Positions 32,512 to 44,702 of a stretch of DNA of 64,000 bases are shown here, piece by piece. A program made the translations under genes and the position numbers. The notes under the pieces were generated by a model. It did not search any database and was not told where the DNA came from. It was given only the letters and a program-made list of their open reading frames with translations. Origin of the DNA: the human T2T-CHM13v2.0 reference genome, Homo sapiens. Position 1 is the stretch's first letter; every line of letters begins with the position of its first letter. Location of the stretch: NCBI RefSeq assembly GCF_009914755.1, contig NC_060932.1; one strand, written 5' to 3'.

Positions 32512-32908
32512 TATATCACATATATATCATATATATGTGATATATATGAGATAGAATACTACTTAGCCATAAAAAGGAATGACTTCATGGCATTTGCAGC
32601 AACCTGGATGAGATTGGAGAATATTATTCTAAGTGAAGTAACCCCAGAATGGAAAAACAAACATCATATATTCTTACTCATAAGTAGGAGCCAAGATATG
32701 AGGAGGCAAAGGCATAAGAATGACACAATGGACTTTGGGGACTCACAAGGAAAGGATGGGAAGGGATTGAGGGATAAAAGACTACAAACTGGGTGCAGTG
32801 TATACTGCTCGGGTGATGGGTGCACCAAAATCTCACAAATCACCACTAAAGAACTGACTCATGTAGTCAAACACCACCTGTTCCCCAGTAACTTATGGAA
32901 ATAAAAAA
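31981..32908 (+). mobile_element. L1PB-like ORF2 C-terminus and 3'UTR, non-inverted part
   Basis: KKWAKDM..CWRGCGE..LHCWWECKLVQ motifs; L1PB-type 3'UTR CACAAATCACCACTAAAGAACT; A-tail at about 32898. Confidence 0.9.
32444..32547. repeat. (TA)23(CA)n compound microsatellite inside L1
   Basis: Pure TA at 32444-32489, CA at 32490-32511, then degenerate TA. Confidence 0.95.
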
Positions 32909-33413
32909 AATTTCTTAAAAAACAACATTGGTAATAATGTGTCTGGCATCTCCTGAATAGGTGGTTCCATTCTATTGGAGTGAGTGGGAGTTGTAGGGCA
33001 GAGGGAATCATAGCATGTCACAACATAAAAGGGTACATGGAGAAAAACTTCTGTAATGGTAACAGGGAAAGCATGGTGGAAACTATTGCCAATGAAGCAA
33101 TCACTTAACCACTGAAAATTGTGAATAAAACATATAGAAACATTCAAAGTCTCCAGAAATGGTCCTAAGGGCATATAGTAGATAGAGGAAAAATATACTT
33201 AAGAAAATCTACTAAATCTTGGTAAGAACAGTGAGCTCATGGCATTTGAACCATAATCCACTCATACCACTCCCTCTTCTCCCCAGCTGAGTGTGAGGGG
33301 AGCTATACTCCAGACATATTTACCAAGAATATGGGGCTATGTCTTCACCAAATTTTCAGTTGAAGACTGCAGTTCAACCAGGGAGGGTAGGCCAGAGGCA
33401 CATTTCATAGTCT

Positions 33414-34172
33414 TGAGAGACAGGACTAGTTGGATTTCCTAGGCTGACTGAAAACCCCTAAGCCTAGCTGGGAAGGTGACTGCATCCACCTTTAAACAGG
33501 GGGCTTGCAACTCAGCTCACACCTGACCAATCAGGTAGTAAAGAGAGCTCACTAAAATGCTAACTAGGCAAAAACAGGAGGTAAAGAAATAGCCAATCAT
33601 CTATCGCCTGAGAGCACAGTGGGAGGGACAATGATCAGGATATAAACCAGGCATTCGATCTGACAACAGCTACCCCCTTTGGGTCCCCTCCCTTTGTATT
33701 GGAGCTCTGTTTTCACTGTATTAAATCTTGCAGCTGCACACTCTTGTGGTCCATGTTTGTTACGGTTTGAGCTGAGCTTTTGCTCGCCGTTCACCACTGC
33801 TGTTTGCTGCCATAGCAGGCCTTCCGCTGACTTCCACCCCTCTGGATCTGGCACGGTGTCTCCTGTGCTCCTGATCCAGCGAGGTGTCCATAGCTGCTCT
33901 GGATTGGGCTAAAGGCTCACCATTGTTCCTGCATGGCTAAGTGCCCGGGTTCATCCTAAGCAAGCTGAACACTAGTTGCTGGGTTTCATGGTTCTCTTCC
34001 ATGACCCACAGCTTCTAATAGAGCTATAACACTCACTGCATGGCCCAAGATTCCATTCCTTGGAATCTGTGAGGCCAAGAACCCAAGGTCGGAGAATAAG
34101 AAGATTGCCGCCATCTTGGAAGCAGCCTGCCACCATCTTGGGAGCTCTGGGAACAAGGACCCCCCAGTAATA
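33414..34172 (+). mobile_element. HERV-W solo LTR (LTR17), full length, 759 bp
   Basis: Start TGAGAGACAGGACTAG, end AAGGACCCCCCAGTAATA, 4-bp TSD GTCT (33410-33413, 34173-34176). Confidence 0.93.
33527..33725 (+). promoter_or_regulatory. LTR17 U3/R promoter elements
   Basis: Two CCAATC boxes (about 33527 and 33593), GATATAAA TATA box (about 33639) and ATTAAA poly(A) signal (33720-33725); activity not shown. Confidence 0.6.
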
Positions 34173-34482
34173 GTCTCAGTTCCAGATTATAGATAACTCT
34201 GTTCCAGAGCTCTTCCTGATACAGCCACCACTTTCAGAGTGAAGGCTCTGCTCTAGGTGAATCAGGTAAAGAATCCTTGGCCTTGAATGCACCTGTCTGC
34301 CACGGCTTGCTTGTAGGGCAGAAGTTCCACACGAGGAGGGGCAAGCACAGAAGACAAGGGTCTAAAATCTCCTCTGAGATCAGGGTTGCTACTCTGGGAG
34401 AAGTGGGCCAATATCTCATCCAATGACACGGATTTTCTGCCCATGGAAAGAGACAAGACTTACGCACAAAGAACCTCACAGC

Positions 34483-34940
34483 TGAAGCAGAACAAGGTTT
34501 TTCCAATGATGTCCATGTCTTAATACATAGAACATGCAAAGATATTACCTTACATGGCAAAAGACACTTTTCAAATTTGATTAAATTAAGGATATTGAGA
34601 TGAAAAGATGATCCTGGATTATCTGGGTGGTTCCATTGTTATGAAAAGGGTCCTTATAAGATGGAAACCTGAAGGTCAGAGGGAGAGACACAAGTATATG
34701 TAACGATAAATGCAAGAGTTGGAGTAATTTAGAGAAGGCCTCAAGCCAAGGAATGTTAATAGACTCTAGAAGCTGAAAAGCAAATAAACTGATTCTACCA
34801 TGGAACTCGCAGAAGGAACATAGCCTTGCCAGCATCTTGACTTTAAACTCTTACCTAAAGACTGTAATAGAATAGATACCTATTATTTAAGTCTCTAAGT
34901 TTGCAGTTATTGGTTACAGTGGCAATAGGACATGAGTATA
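34483..34940 (+). mobile_element. MLT1C/D LTR
   Basis: GATGTCCATGTCTTAAT..TTACCTTACATGGCAAAAG..AGCCAAGGAATG..GGTTACAGTGGCAATAGG. Confidence 0.8.
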
Positions 34941-35732
34941 ACTCTCCCAAACAACACTGGCTTTATTTAAAACAGTATGGGAAAGATCATGCCCAAGGGC
35001 ACTGCCAAAAACAATAGATATCTTAGTGGTGAGCAACTAAAAGGGAACTGATAGCTACAAGATCTTACAGCAACAGTGGAATTGGTAGAGCAGTTGAAGA
35101 TGACCAGAGAAAACCAGGCAAAGAGACAGCTAAAAAATGCCTCCCTGAGGTCTGAGCAACCTCAAAGTCTCAGCACCCTTCCCCTTTAAAAGAGTCCCTA
35201 TTTAATTGGATCAGATAGTGGAGCAATTTACACCCCCAGGGTATTGTTAAAAAATACAGAACAGTCAACTACCTGATAAATGCTTCCTATGAAAAATCTC
35301 ACATGCAACATCATACTTAAAGGTGAAAGACATAATATTTTTTCTTTAAAATCAAGAGCAAGACAAGAATGACTACTATTGCCACTACTGTTCACATTGT
35401 GCAAAGGTTCCAGTCAGGGAAATTAGAAAAAAAATAAATAGAAGTTATCTATATTTGTAATTAAGGAGTGAAAATGTCTGTATTTTCAGGTGACATGATC
35501 TCATTAAATAGAAAATCTTAAGGAATCCACTAAAACACCACAAGAATTAATAGACAAGTTCAGCAACATGAGTGAATACAAGATCAACATGTGGAAATCA
35601 ATTGCTTTTATAGAAATATAAATAAACCCAAACAAATTAAAAAGATATTTATATTTACAATATTATAGAAAAGAAAAATATACTTAAGGATGAGTTTAAC
35701 AAAGAGAGTGCAAGACAACTACATTGAATTAC

Positions 35733-36253
35733 TGCAGCAGGCAGAATAATGCTTCCTCAAAGATAACCCCCTTATCCCTGGAAATTGTGAATATATTTTG
35801 TTTCATGGAAAAGAAGAATTAAGGTTGCTAATAAGCTGACTTTATGATAGAGAGATTGTCCTACATTATTTGGTTGTTCCAGTGTAATCGCAAAGGTTTG
35901 TAGACGTGAAAGCAGAAGAACGAATAAGAGCCAAGGTATAAGTGATGTAACGTGAGAAAGAAAAACTCAACCCACCATTGCTGGATTTGAAGATGGAAAG
36001 GGACTATGAGCCAAGGATGTTGGCAGCTTGAGGACACTGGGAAACACAAAGAAACTGCTTTTCTTCTAGAGCTTTCAGAGAGAAAGGCAGCCATGCTGAC
36101 ATTTTGATTGAGTCCCATAACACTGAGATGGACCAATGATTAAAAAACAAACAAACAAAAATGTAAAATAACTGTAAAACATTGTGTGATTTAAGCCATT
36201 AAGTGCACTAAATATGCAGTAAAATGTTACAGCAGCAATAAAAAACTGATACA
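35733..36253 (+). mobile_element. MLT1D LTR
   Basis: TGCAGCAGGCAGAATAATG start; CCATTGCTGGATTTGAAGATGGAA; TGTTACAGCAGCAATAAAAAACTGATACA end. Confidence 0.8.
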
Positions 36254-37334
36254 ACCATAAAACACACAGAAAGAAATTCATCAGAACTTAACATTGTTAA
36301 GATTCCAATATTCCTCAATTGATCTACAGATACAGCACAATTCCTGTAAAAATCTCAGCTAGCTATTCCCCACCCCCAGAATTGATAAGCCAAGTTTTAA
36401 ATTCATATTTAATGCAAAGGATAATGACTTTGCTATTCGTATTTAATAACAAAGTTGGAGGGCTCACATTTCTCAAATTTAAAACTTACTACAAAGCTAT
36501 AGTAATCAAGAAAGAGTGGTACACAATAAATATTTATATCAATGTAAATGAGAATCCATAAAGAAGCCATTACATCCATGGCCAATTGATTTTGATAAAG
36601 GTGCCAACACAATAAAATGGAGAAAGAACAGACTTTCCAACAATTTTGCTGGGACAATTGGCTATCCATGTGCAAAAGTATAAATTTGGACCCCTTCTTC
36701 ATGCCATATGCAAATATTACCCAAAGGGGACCATATGCCTAAATGTAAGTGCTAAAATACAAATATTTTCACAGGAAATACATAAGTAAATCTTCATGGC
36801 CTTGGGCTAGGCAATGGTTTCTTAGACGTAACACTAAAAAAACCCATAAAACAGAACCTATAGTGGACTTCATCAAAATTTAAAACTTTTATGCTGCAAC
36901 TAATACTATCAAGAAAGTAAAAATATAAACCTTAGAATGGGTGAATATATTTAAAATCTTATATCAAAAAAGAGACTGGGATTTCTATCCAGAATGTGTA
37001 AAGAAATCTCACAACTCCATCATTAAATATAAATAACCCAATTTAAAAAAGAGTAACATATCTCAGTTGATATTCCTCTAAAGAATATATACAAATGGCC
37101 AGAAGAAATACTCAACATCATTAACTGCTAGGGAAATGCTAATCAAAAACACAATGAAATATTACTTTTTCCCACTAGGAGAGCTATAGTAACAAAGACA
37201 GACAATAACAAGTATTGGAGAGAATGAATAAAAATAGGAACTCTCATCTGCTACTAATGGGACTGTAAAATTGAGTAGCCACTTTAAAAAACAGTTTAGC
37301 AGTACCTCAAAATATTAAACATGATGTTACTCTA

Positions 37335-37705
37335 TGTATTAGTTTGTTCTCATGCTGCTAATAAAGACATATCCAAGACTGGGTAATTTATAAAGGAAAG
37401 AGGTTTAATTGACTCACAGTTCAGCATGGCTGGGGAGGCCTCAGGAAACTTACAATCATGGCGGAAGGGGAAGCAAACACTTCTTCACATGGTGGCAGCA
37501 AGGAGAAGTGCTGAGCAAAATGGGGAAAAGCCCTTATAAAACCATCAGATCTCATGAGAACTCACTCAATATCATGAGAATACCATAAGGATAACTGCCC
37601 CCATGATTCAATTACCTCCCACTGGGTCCCTCCCACAATAGGTAGGGATTATGGAAACTAAAATTCAAGATGAGATTTGGGTGGGGACACAACCAAACCA
37701 TAGCA
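37335..37705 (-). mobile_element. THE1 (C/D-like) solo LTR inserted in L1
   Basis: TGTATTAGTTTGTTCTCATGCTGCTA...GGGGACACAACCAAACCATAGCA; L1 sequence resumes on both sides. Confidence 0.9.
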
Positions 37706-38419
37706 CGATATGATCCAGTAATTCTACTTGTAGATATATTCCCAAATGAAATGAAGGCATATGTCCACATTTTAATTCATACACAAATGATTATAGCAAA
37801 ATTATTCACAATAGTCAATAATAGAAACAATATAAAGGCCTATCAACTGATGAAGTGGTAAATAAATGGGTCATATCCACATAGTGACATGTTATTCAAT
37901 CATAATAAAAAGAAATGAATTTCTGATACTTGCTACAATATGAATGAAACTTTAAAACATGTTACTATGTCAAGTCAGTCACAAACGACTATATGTTGTA
38001 TGATTCCATTTATTTTACATGTCCCGAATAAAAAAAATTGTAGAAACACAAAACAGATGAGATGTTTCCTAGGGTGTGAGAAGTGGGGTGGTGATGGTCC
38101 CATAAGAAATGGAGATTAACTAATGCAGAGTTTCTTTTCAGATTGATATGAAAAAGTTCTAACATTGTATTATGATGATGGTTGCACAACTCTTAGCATA
38201 CTGAAAAACACTTTAAATGAGTGCAGAGTATGGTTTATGTGTTATGTCTTTAAAAAGATGTTTAGGAAAAATAAAGGTAGAAAAAGGAGAGACTGAGACA
38301 TGGAAGGTATTCAAAGAATCTGAGAGGATTATTGTTCGAAGCGTTGAACAATAGCTACTTCTTCAATAGCTACTTTTAGTAAAATAGCTACTAGACAAAC
38401 ACTACCTCTACTTCTACTA

Positions 38420-38803
38420 CTTATGATTATTTGGTTCTCCTCTTCTGAGATGCAGGAGCATACTTCCTTGCTAGTTAGTCATAGCAGGACCATCTGACTA
38501 GTTCTGGACAAATAGTTGTGGGCAGAAAGGTTGTGTATTATTTCCCAGTCAAGCATTAAATTTTGATGTGAGATCCTCCAGCACTCTCTTCCCCTGATGT
38601 ATCAGCTGAAGAGGCTGTGTGCTCCAGGTGGTGCAGTGATAGTTTCATAGAGTTTTGCAGAGCCTGGTTCACTAGATATGAACTGGAATTCAGAACAACA
38701 GGAAAATGTGCATGAGCAAAAAATGCACTTTTGTTTGTGTGTTGAACCACTGAAATTTTAGAGTTGCTTATTACTGCACCGTAACGTGTGATATGTGACC
38801 TAC
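38420..38803 (+). mobile_element. MLT1 (G-I-like) LTR
   Basis: CCATCTGACTAGTTCTGGACAAATAGTTGTGGGCAGAA..TGTTGAACCACTGAAATTTTAGAGTTGCTTATTACTGCA. Confidence 0.65.
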
Positions 38804-39237
38804 ACAACAAGGTGATGGAGAAACAGGGGTATAGATACATATAATAACTGACTTACATGTTTGAAAACCCAGCACTCTATTGTAAAGCAGGTACAAATTC
38901 GTGTAATTTATTTTGGGCTAGAAAAAAAAATGGCTATCAACGTTTCTCCCTTCTGGAATATGTTGAGTCTTGTGAGGGATAGCAAAGCCTTCTTTTAGTT
39001 AGCTGGTGGTTCATTTGAAACAATTTGATTGGCAGAAGGTGAATGGTTTCATATATATTTTTTTTTCCATAGGACTAAAATTTAATCTCTCATACATCTA
39101 ATAATTCTCCATTTTCTATTTTCACATGTTCTTATTTTTTCTTTAGTTGGTGGATAAAAGATTTCTAATAGATGGGAGTGAATTTGGATAAAGGATATAT
39201 CATATATACATAATGTATATACATATAAAATCTCATG

Positions 39238-39453
39238 CAAGTCGAGTATTCCTTATCTGAAATGTGGAATATTTGCATTATATATTGGTTGAGTATCCCT
39301 AATCTAAAAAAGCCCAAAATCTGAAATGTTCTGAAACTTTATGTATTTCAAACTTTTTGAGTATTTCAACCTTTTGAGGGCCAATGACCCTCCAAAAATT
39401 ATTTTAGAGAATTTTGGATTTCAGATTTTTGGGATTAGAGATGCTCTAAATGT
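39238..39453. mobile_element. Tigger4a/MER46-type MITE (TcMar-Tigger)
   Basis: TTGAGTATCCCTAATCTAAAAA..AAATCTGAAATG and the inverse TTTCAGATTTTTGGGATTAGAGATGCTC form terminal inverted repeats. Confidence 0.75.
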
Positions 39454-40499
39454 ATACATACAAAATTTGTCACTGTTTGTAACTTATAAGTATGCTAGTT
39501 GTTATTTTTAGAGAAATTGTTGCTAAAATATAAGTTCTTTCTTAATGCATTTGTAAGTTTGGAGTTTGTTTTCTCTTTCATTTTCCTTATTCCACGTTCC
39601 TGAGATCACTGGTAAGAGAAGAAAGCATGCGTTGCTGTGGGTCAGGTGCTACATTCGAATATCATGCTCATGACACCAGGGTCCATTTAATAAATTACTG
39701 CTGTGGGGCACTAAATGGTATACTAGTGGCTTCAAATCCATTAAGAGACAATTTGTTAACTTTGTGGGGGAGGGATCGGGTTAGTATTGGTATTATCTTG
39801 TGTACCTGAAGTTCAGGACTCCTCCTCACAGCTATTTCATCCAATTAATTTAGAAGGCTATTATCCCCATTATACAAATGGACAAACTAGCCTATAAGAT
39901 CAGTGAGAATCTGTCAGGTTCCCATAAAAGAGGATGCCATTTCCTGATACAGCATAAAGGTGGCTTTAAACTTTTATGTCCTCCCTCTCAGACATCATAG
40001 GCTGCCCTATCATGTTCTTTGTATAAGTCTGAGACAGATTTGAATGAACACAAAGCAAAGTAATGCTTGGAATTACATTGTTGGTTAACCTAAATACTTT
40101 AGTTCTTAGAGTGGGACACCAGGATAGAGAAGAAACAGAGGATTATGTAATATCTATATAATGAAGAGTAAAGAAATCAAAATATTCAGTTTAGAAAAAG
40201 GAAAAATGTAATGCTAAAAATAGTACTTATATATCCAGCACTCTAAACTGACAAATAACTTACACATCAGTATGTCCTCATTTATCCTTGAAAAGAATGT
40301 TTAGGTTAATTGACTCTCTTATTTTCACAAATGAGAAAACTAAAGCTTGAGCTTGGTGATGTCTATAAGGTGACACTCCTAGGAACTTGGGAAAGCCAGT
40401 ATCTCAGGGTAGGTATTAGATAACCTACCCCATTAATTACCCTTACTAATCAAATCCAAAGTTCACATTGTCTCATAACTAATCTTGCTCTTTTTTTCT

Positions 40500-41015
40500 T
40501 TCCAATGCCATCTTTTTACTTACCCCTCATTCTCTACTCACTGGGCACATCTGTGTTATTGCTTTTTTCTACAAAGACCAATTTTATTCATGCCTTGAAG
40601 AATTTACATTTGCTTTTTTATCTTCCTGTATAACTCTCTGAAGATTTTCACATGGCTAGCTACTTCTTACCATTCTCAAGGCTCAGCTTACAAATTTCCT
40701 CCTTGGATTAGACTTCCTTATCTACTTCATCTAAAGAAGTTCCCCTTGAATTTTTTATTGTATATTTTATGTATTGTGTTATACAATAAATGTATAGAAT
40801 TATACAAATCTAATGCGACAGCACATTAGATTTAATGTTCATAACACTCGTTTTTATCCCCTTCAGTCATTTAACATCTGCCTCTCTCTCCTAGAATTTA
40901 ATCCTAAAAGAGTATGTTTACTGTCATTTTACTCAATACCATATCCTCAATATCTAACATAGTCTCTCGGGTATAGTAAATGGTAAATAAAACTTCTTTA
41001 CTAGGTGAATGAAAT
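40500..41015 (+). mobile_element. L2 3' fragment
   Basis: GGCTCAGCTTACAAATTTCCTCC..TCTGCCTCTCTCTCCTAGAAT..ATAGTAAATGGTAAATAAA..GAATGAA end. Confidence 0.6.
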
Positions 41016-41569
41016 AATATATCAGCTTTGGGGGAAAGAAAGACAGTATATCTATCTTTATGAAATATAGGAGAACTAATAAACTTATGTTTAGCTTCAG
41101 AAATGGGCTCAATAGATGAGGCTCTGAATAGATAATTGAATTTAAACTTTCACAAAAAATAATTTTATAAAATATCACACCTCTGATTCCAGGAAACAGG
41201 CTCTCCCACACGGTAGTTCATTAGCACTGATGAAATGTTCAAGCAAAGGACAGGTGTGCATTTTGAAGATGCAGGGATGCCTGAATCAGGCATGTGGTGA
41301 TGCTAAGTTTGCCTCCATCCTATTTTATCACTTCTGAAACCTATAACTCTAAAGAGGTATTTTGTATAAATAATTTTTTTAACCGAACAAAAACAATGAA
41401 GTGGGCAAGCCTGCTATTTATACTTCATTATTTTCCATTAAACTCAGAAAAATCGTAAGATTCTTTTTGGAATTGCATATGATCTTGTTTGCAATAGCCT
41501 TCTAATAAAAGAGAAAGTTTTAACAGCACATTAGATTTCAATTGACATTAAATGTGTAATTACCCCCAA

Positions 41570-41960
41570 TGAATCAGTGAGGAATGACTTAAGCTGCAGG
41601 TAACCACAAATTAGACTTAACAATGGCTTAAACAAATAAGGCTTTTTAATTTCCATGTAAACAGAAGTCTGAGGACAGGTAGTTTCCAGTATACATCTTC
41701 CAATGGTGTCACTACTTCCAAATTTTATTTCTGTCTGCTCCTCTATACTGTGGATTGATAACACTACCTCTCAAGTAGGTTCACAAAGAATATATTACTG
41801 TTGCTAAGCATCAGGTTCTTACAGGTAAAATATTAAATAATAGTACCTCTTTTGTACCATTTTTACTAGAAATAAAGAGACAACATATGACAAGTGTTTG
41901 GCACTGATCATTGCCTTGGAGGGCTCCACCATTTTCTCCATTTTTTTTTTTTTTTGCTTT
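41570..41960 (-). mobile_element. MLT1J-like LTR
   Basis: AGCTGCAGGTAACCACAAAT..AATGGCTTAAACAAATAAGG..AACAGAAGTCTGAGGACAGG. Confidence 0.55.
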
Positions 41961-42339
41961 ATTACTCCATTTCTCTTACATTTAATTCCTCTGTCAGCAC
42001 ACAAATTTCACCTTCATCCATACTCATTTCTTTGCTTATTGTTTAGGTCAAGACATCCACTTGGAGAAGTTTTCTCTTACAAACTTGTACAGCTTATTCT
42101 TCTACAATCCCCGCCACCAACTCCCTACTAGCCTAGACTTTAGAGTTCTGAATATGACTACTGAGGTAGTGTGATTACTTAGGTCATGACTACAAATACT
42201 ATATATTTAAAACATCAGCTTCAGTGTCATTTCGGTTCAAGCCAGCAAGTGTTTATAACTACTGCATACCAGGCACAGTAGAACTTCTGAGAAGCCACCT
42301 TCCAATTCCTGTGAGTACAGTTATTCACCTATACTTCTA

Positions 42340-42731
42340 GGAGCACGCAGCTGGTTGGGCTCTCTGAAAGCAGATGCTAAAATGGAAGTGTCACAGGGAA
42401 GGTGTTAATTAGGGATCAATAGATACCATAAAAGGAACAGGGGAGAAAGCAGGACTGTGCAGAGGAAGAAGTCAAACTGTGGCACAGCCAGAAAGATCCT
42501 CAGCCCCAAACAGGTAATGCCAGTCAAAATCATTCCAGTTGAGCCAAAATGGCCAGGTCTTCACATGCCTTCCTCCCTCAGTCACCAATGTGGGCTGTCC
42601 AGAGACAGTGATCTCAGGCAATTCCGTTTTGAGGGACAGCTGGAGTTGGTCTGCTAACCACAGTCCCTGTAGCTGGGAAGGAAGTTGTTTCTTGAAGAGA
42701 AATCTGCGTTGCTCCTCCGTGTGTCTACCAG
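42340..42731 (-). mobile_element. LTR16-family LTR, probable 3' LTR of the adjacent ERV-L
   Basis: GAAAGCAGATGCTAAAATGGA..GAAAGCAGGACTGTGCAGAGGAAGAAGTCAAACTG matches antisense LTR16; abuts internal sequence. Confidence 0.7.
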
Positions 42732-43869
42732 AGTCTATGTCTTGGAACGCTGAAATGCATTTCTTCAGATATATTCAGGATATGACTCCTTCAGGATTCC
42801 AGTGGACTTGTCTTCCTTAGAAGAAACTTAAGAGGCAGGTAAGTGTGATGAACTATAGCCCCTGATACTACAACAAGTTTCAGTTACACAGTAGTGTTGT
42901 CCTCCTTTAGCCACCATACGGTCTAGATTCTCCTTCACCTCTGCTATCATCAGGGGTTTATCTGTGGCATGACCTAGACCTCCTCACCAAGAGGCCTCAG
43001 TCCTTGGTTACAATGTCCTTATTAGGCCAGCGTTGCCAAACCTGTTATTTTACAATCACAATTAGCAATGGAGAGACACCAAGACCTACCTAAGTGGATT
43101 ATAAGAGTTCCACAGATGTTCCTCTTTGGTCACATTCTGAAACAGGAGCCGAGCCTCCAACTGCCTATCAGAGTCAATTACTTCTGCTGCAAAGATGGTA
43201 ATTCCTTTTGCCTGGTAGTCTATTGACACCGCAAGCCCAAACTGCTCAGGTAGCAGCTGTAGCTTATAATTAAACAGAACTGTTACAGTGTTCCCTTGCA
43301 AGAAGTGCCTCCCTTTGAAGAACCAAGATTTCTAATTCTATATTCCAAGGTCGTGGAGATGGGAAGTAAAAATTCTCATGTAAGTCATTTGGTGTGATAG
43401 CACTTGGAGTCATTCCTGCTTCTATTCTTCAGTTCCTAAACCCATGTACTCTTCCTGTGGGGACACACCACCATGTAAAATCTTGATTAAATGCTTATAA
43501 AAATCCTGGCACTATTTTTCACAGGGTATTTCCCCTAAACCGGCACTTCAGAGATGCCTTCAGCAGGACACTCAATCCTCTTTCAGGCTGGTATCTGGAT
43601 GGGGCAGGATGTGGGACGTTCCATTGTGATGGTGCTACTCCCATACCTGGATGCAACACGTTCATCCTATTAAGAATGATTTGTTGGGCTTCCTGGGTTG
43701 ATCCTCATATATTTGACAAAACCCAGTTTACAATGGGTAGTTTTGGCTACATTGTCATAGAATGTCCTGTGGTCAGATATTTTGTCTTCATTTGGAGTTG
43801 TTCCTCAAAAACTTACAATTATTTGCTGCAGTGGCTTGGATTTGTTACTAAACTCTAATGGCTTGTTTT

Positions 43870-43978
43870 ATATATATATATGTATATATATATACACATA
43901 TATATGTATATATATATATATACATATATATATGTGTATATATATATATATACATATATATATATGTATATATATATA
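43870..43978. repeat. Interrupted (TA)n tract
   Basis: About 110 bp of TA with TG and CA interruptions. Confidence 0.95.
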
Positions 43979-44657
43979 TTTTCTCATTGAATCTTGCCAA
44001 AAATTCCTAATGACATTTTTTTTTCCACCACTGAAATCTCCAACACCATAGTGTATGCCAGATCATATGGTCCATACTGGTCCCCAATATGGCCCGAACT
44101 CCAGTATTGCTTCCATAGCAGCTGGACCTCCTGCAGAGCCCTTTCCTTCTCTAGGCCCCAACAGCACCGGCAGCCTCTGTGTTACCCAGAAGATGGACCA
44201 AGGCAACATTTCTAGCAATGGACCATGTTCCTTCCAGAACCCAAAGAGTCCCACCAGGCACGGAGATTTCTTCTTCATTGTGGGAGGTTTGAGACATGGT
44301 AACTTATCTTTTACTTTGGAGGCCATGTTTCCAAAGCATGGTCTTGTGATCATGATCTTATGTTCTCATGATCTCACGACATTACAATTGTCCTAACTAT
44401 TCAACCCCTAAAAATGTACAGACACATGTAGTCTGTAAACATTTTTTGGCATATTTTCCATCCTCTGGAGCATAGGTTTCTTACACAGGCTTCCAGTTTT
44501 TAGCCACTGTTTGCTCATCTGGCTCAATCAATATAGTATCATCATGTAATTGATCAATGTGATGCTTGCCATAATATCCAGAAAATCAAGGCCACATTGG
44601 GTTTTACTGTGACAGAGAGTAGAGAGTTAGCACATTGCCAGGGCAAAACTCTGTGTG

Positions 44658-44659
<2 letters not shown>

Positions 44660-44700
<41 letters not shown>
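44660..44700. repeat. (TG)20 microsatellite
   Basis: Read directly. Confidence 0.95.

Positions 44701-44702
<2 letters not shown>

Larger units (their letters stand above)
33030..38270 (+). mobile_element. Fragmented ancient L1M (5' region, ORF2 pieces, L1MB/MC-type 3' end) hosting four LTR insertions
   Basis: AAAATCTACTAAATCTTGGTAAGAACAGTGAG 5'-region motif; ORF2-like NKVGGLT..FKTYYKA.VIK in ORF 36319-36561; 3'UTR GATGGTTGCACAACTCT near 38178. Confidence 0.75.

Noticed and set aside
32431-32904. 157-aa ORF
   Set aside because: Read-through of the TA/CA microsatellite, L1 ORF2 tail and 3'UTR
43086-43301. dUTPase-like ORF as a domesticated gene or DUT pseudogene
   Set aside because: Short and degenerate, and embedded collinearly in a broken ERV-L pol
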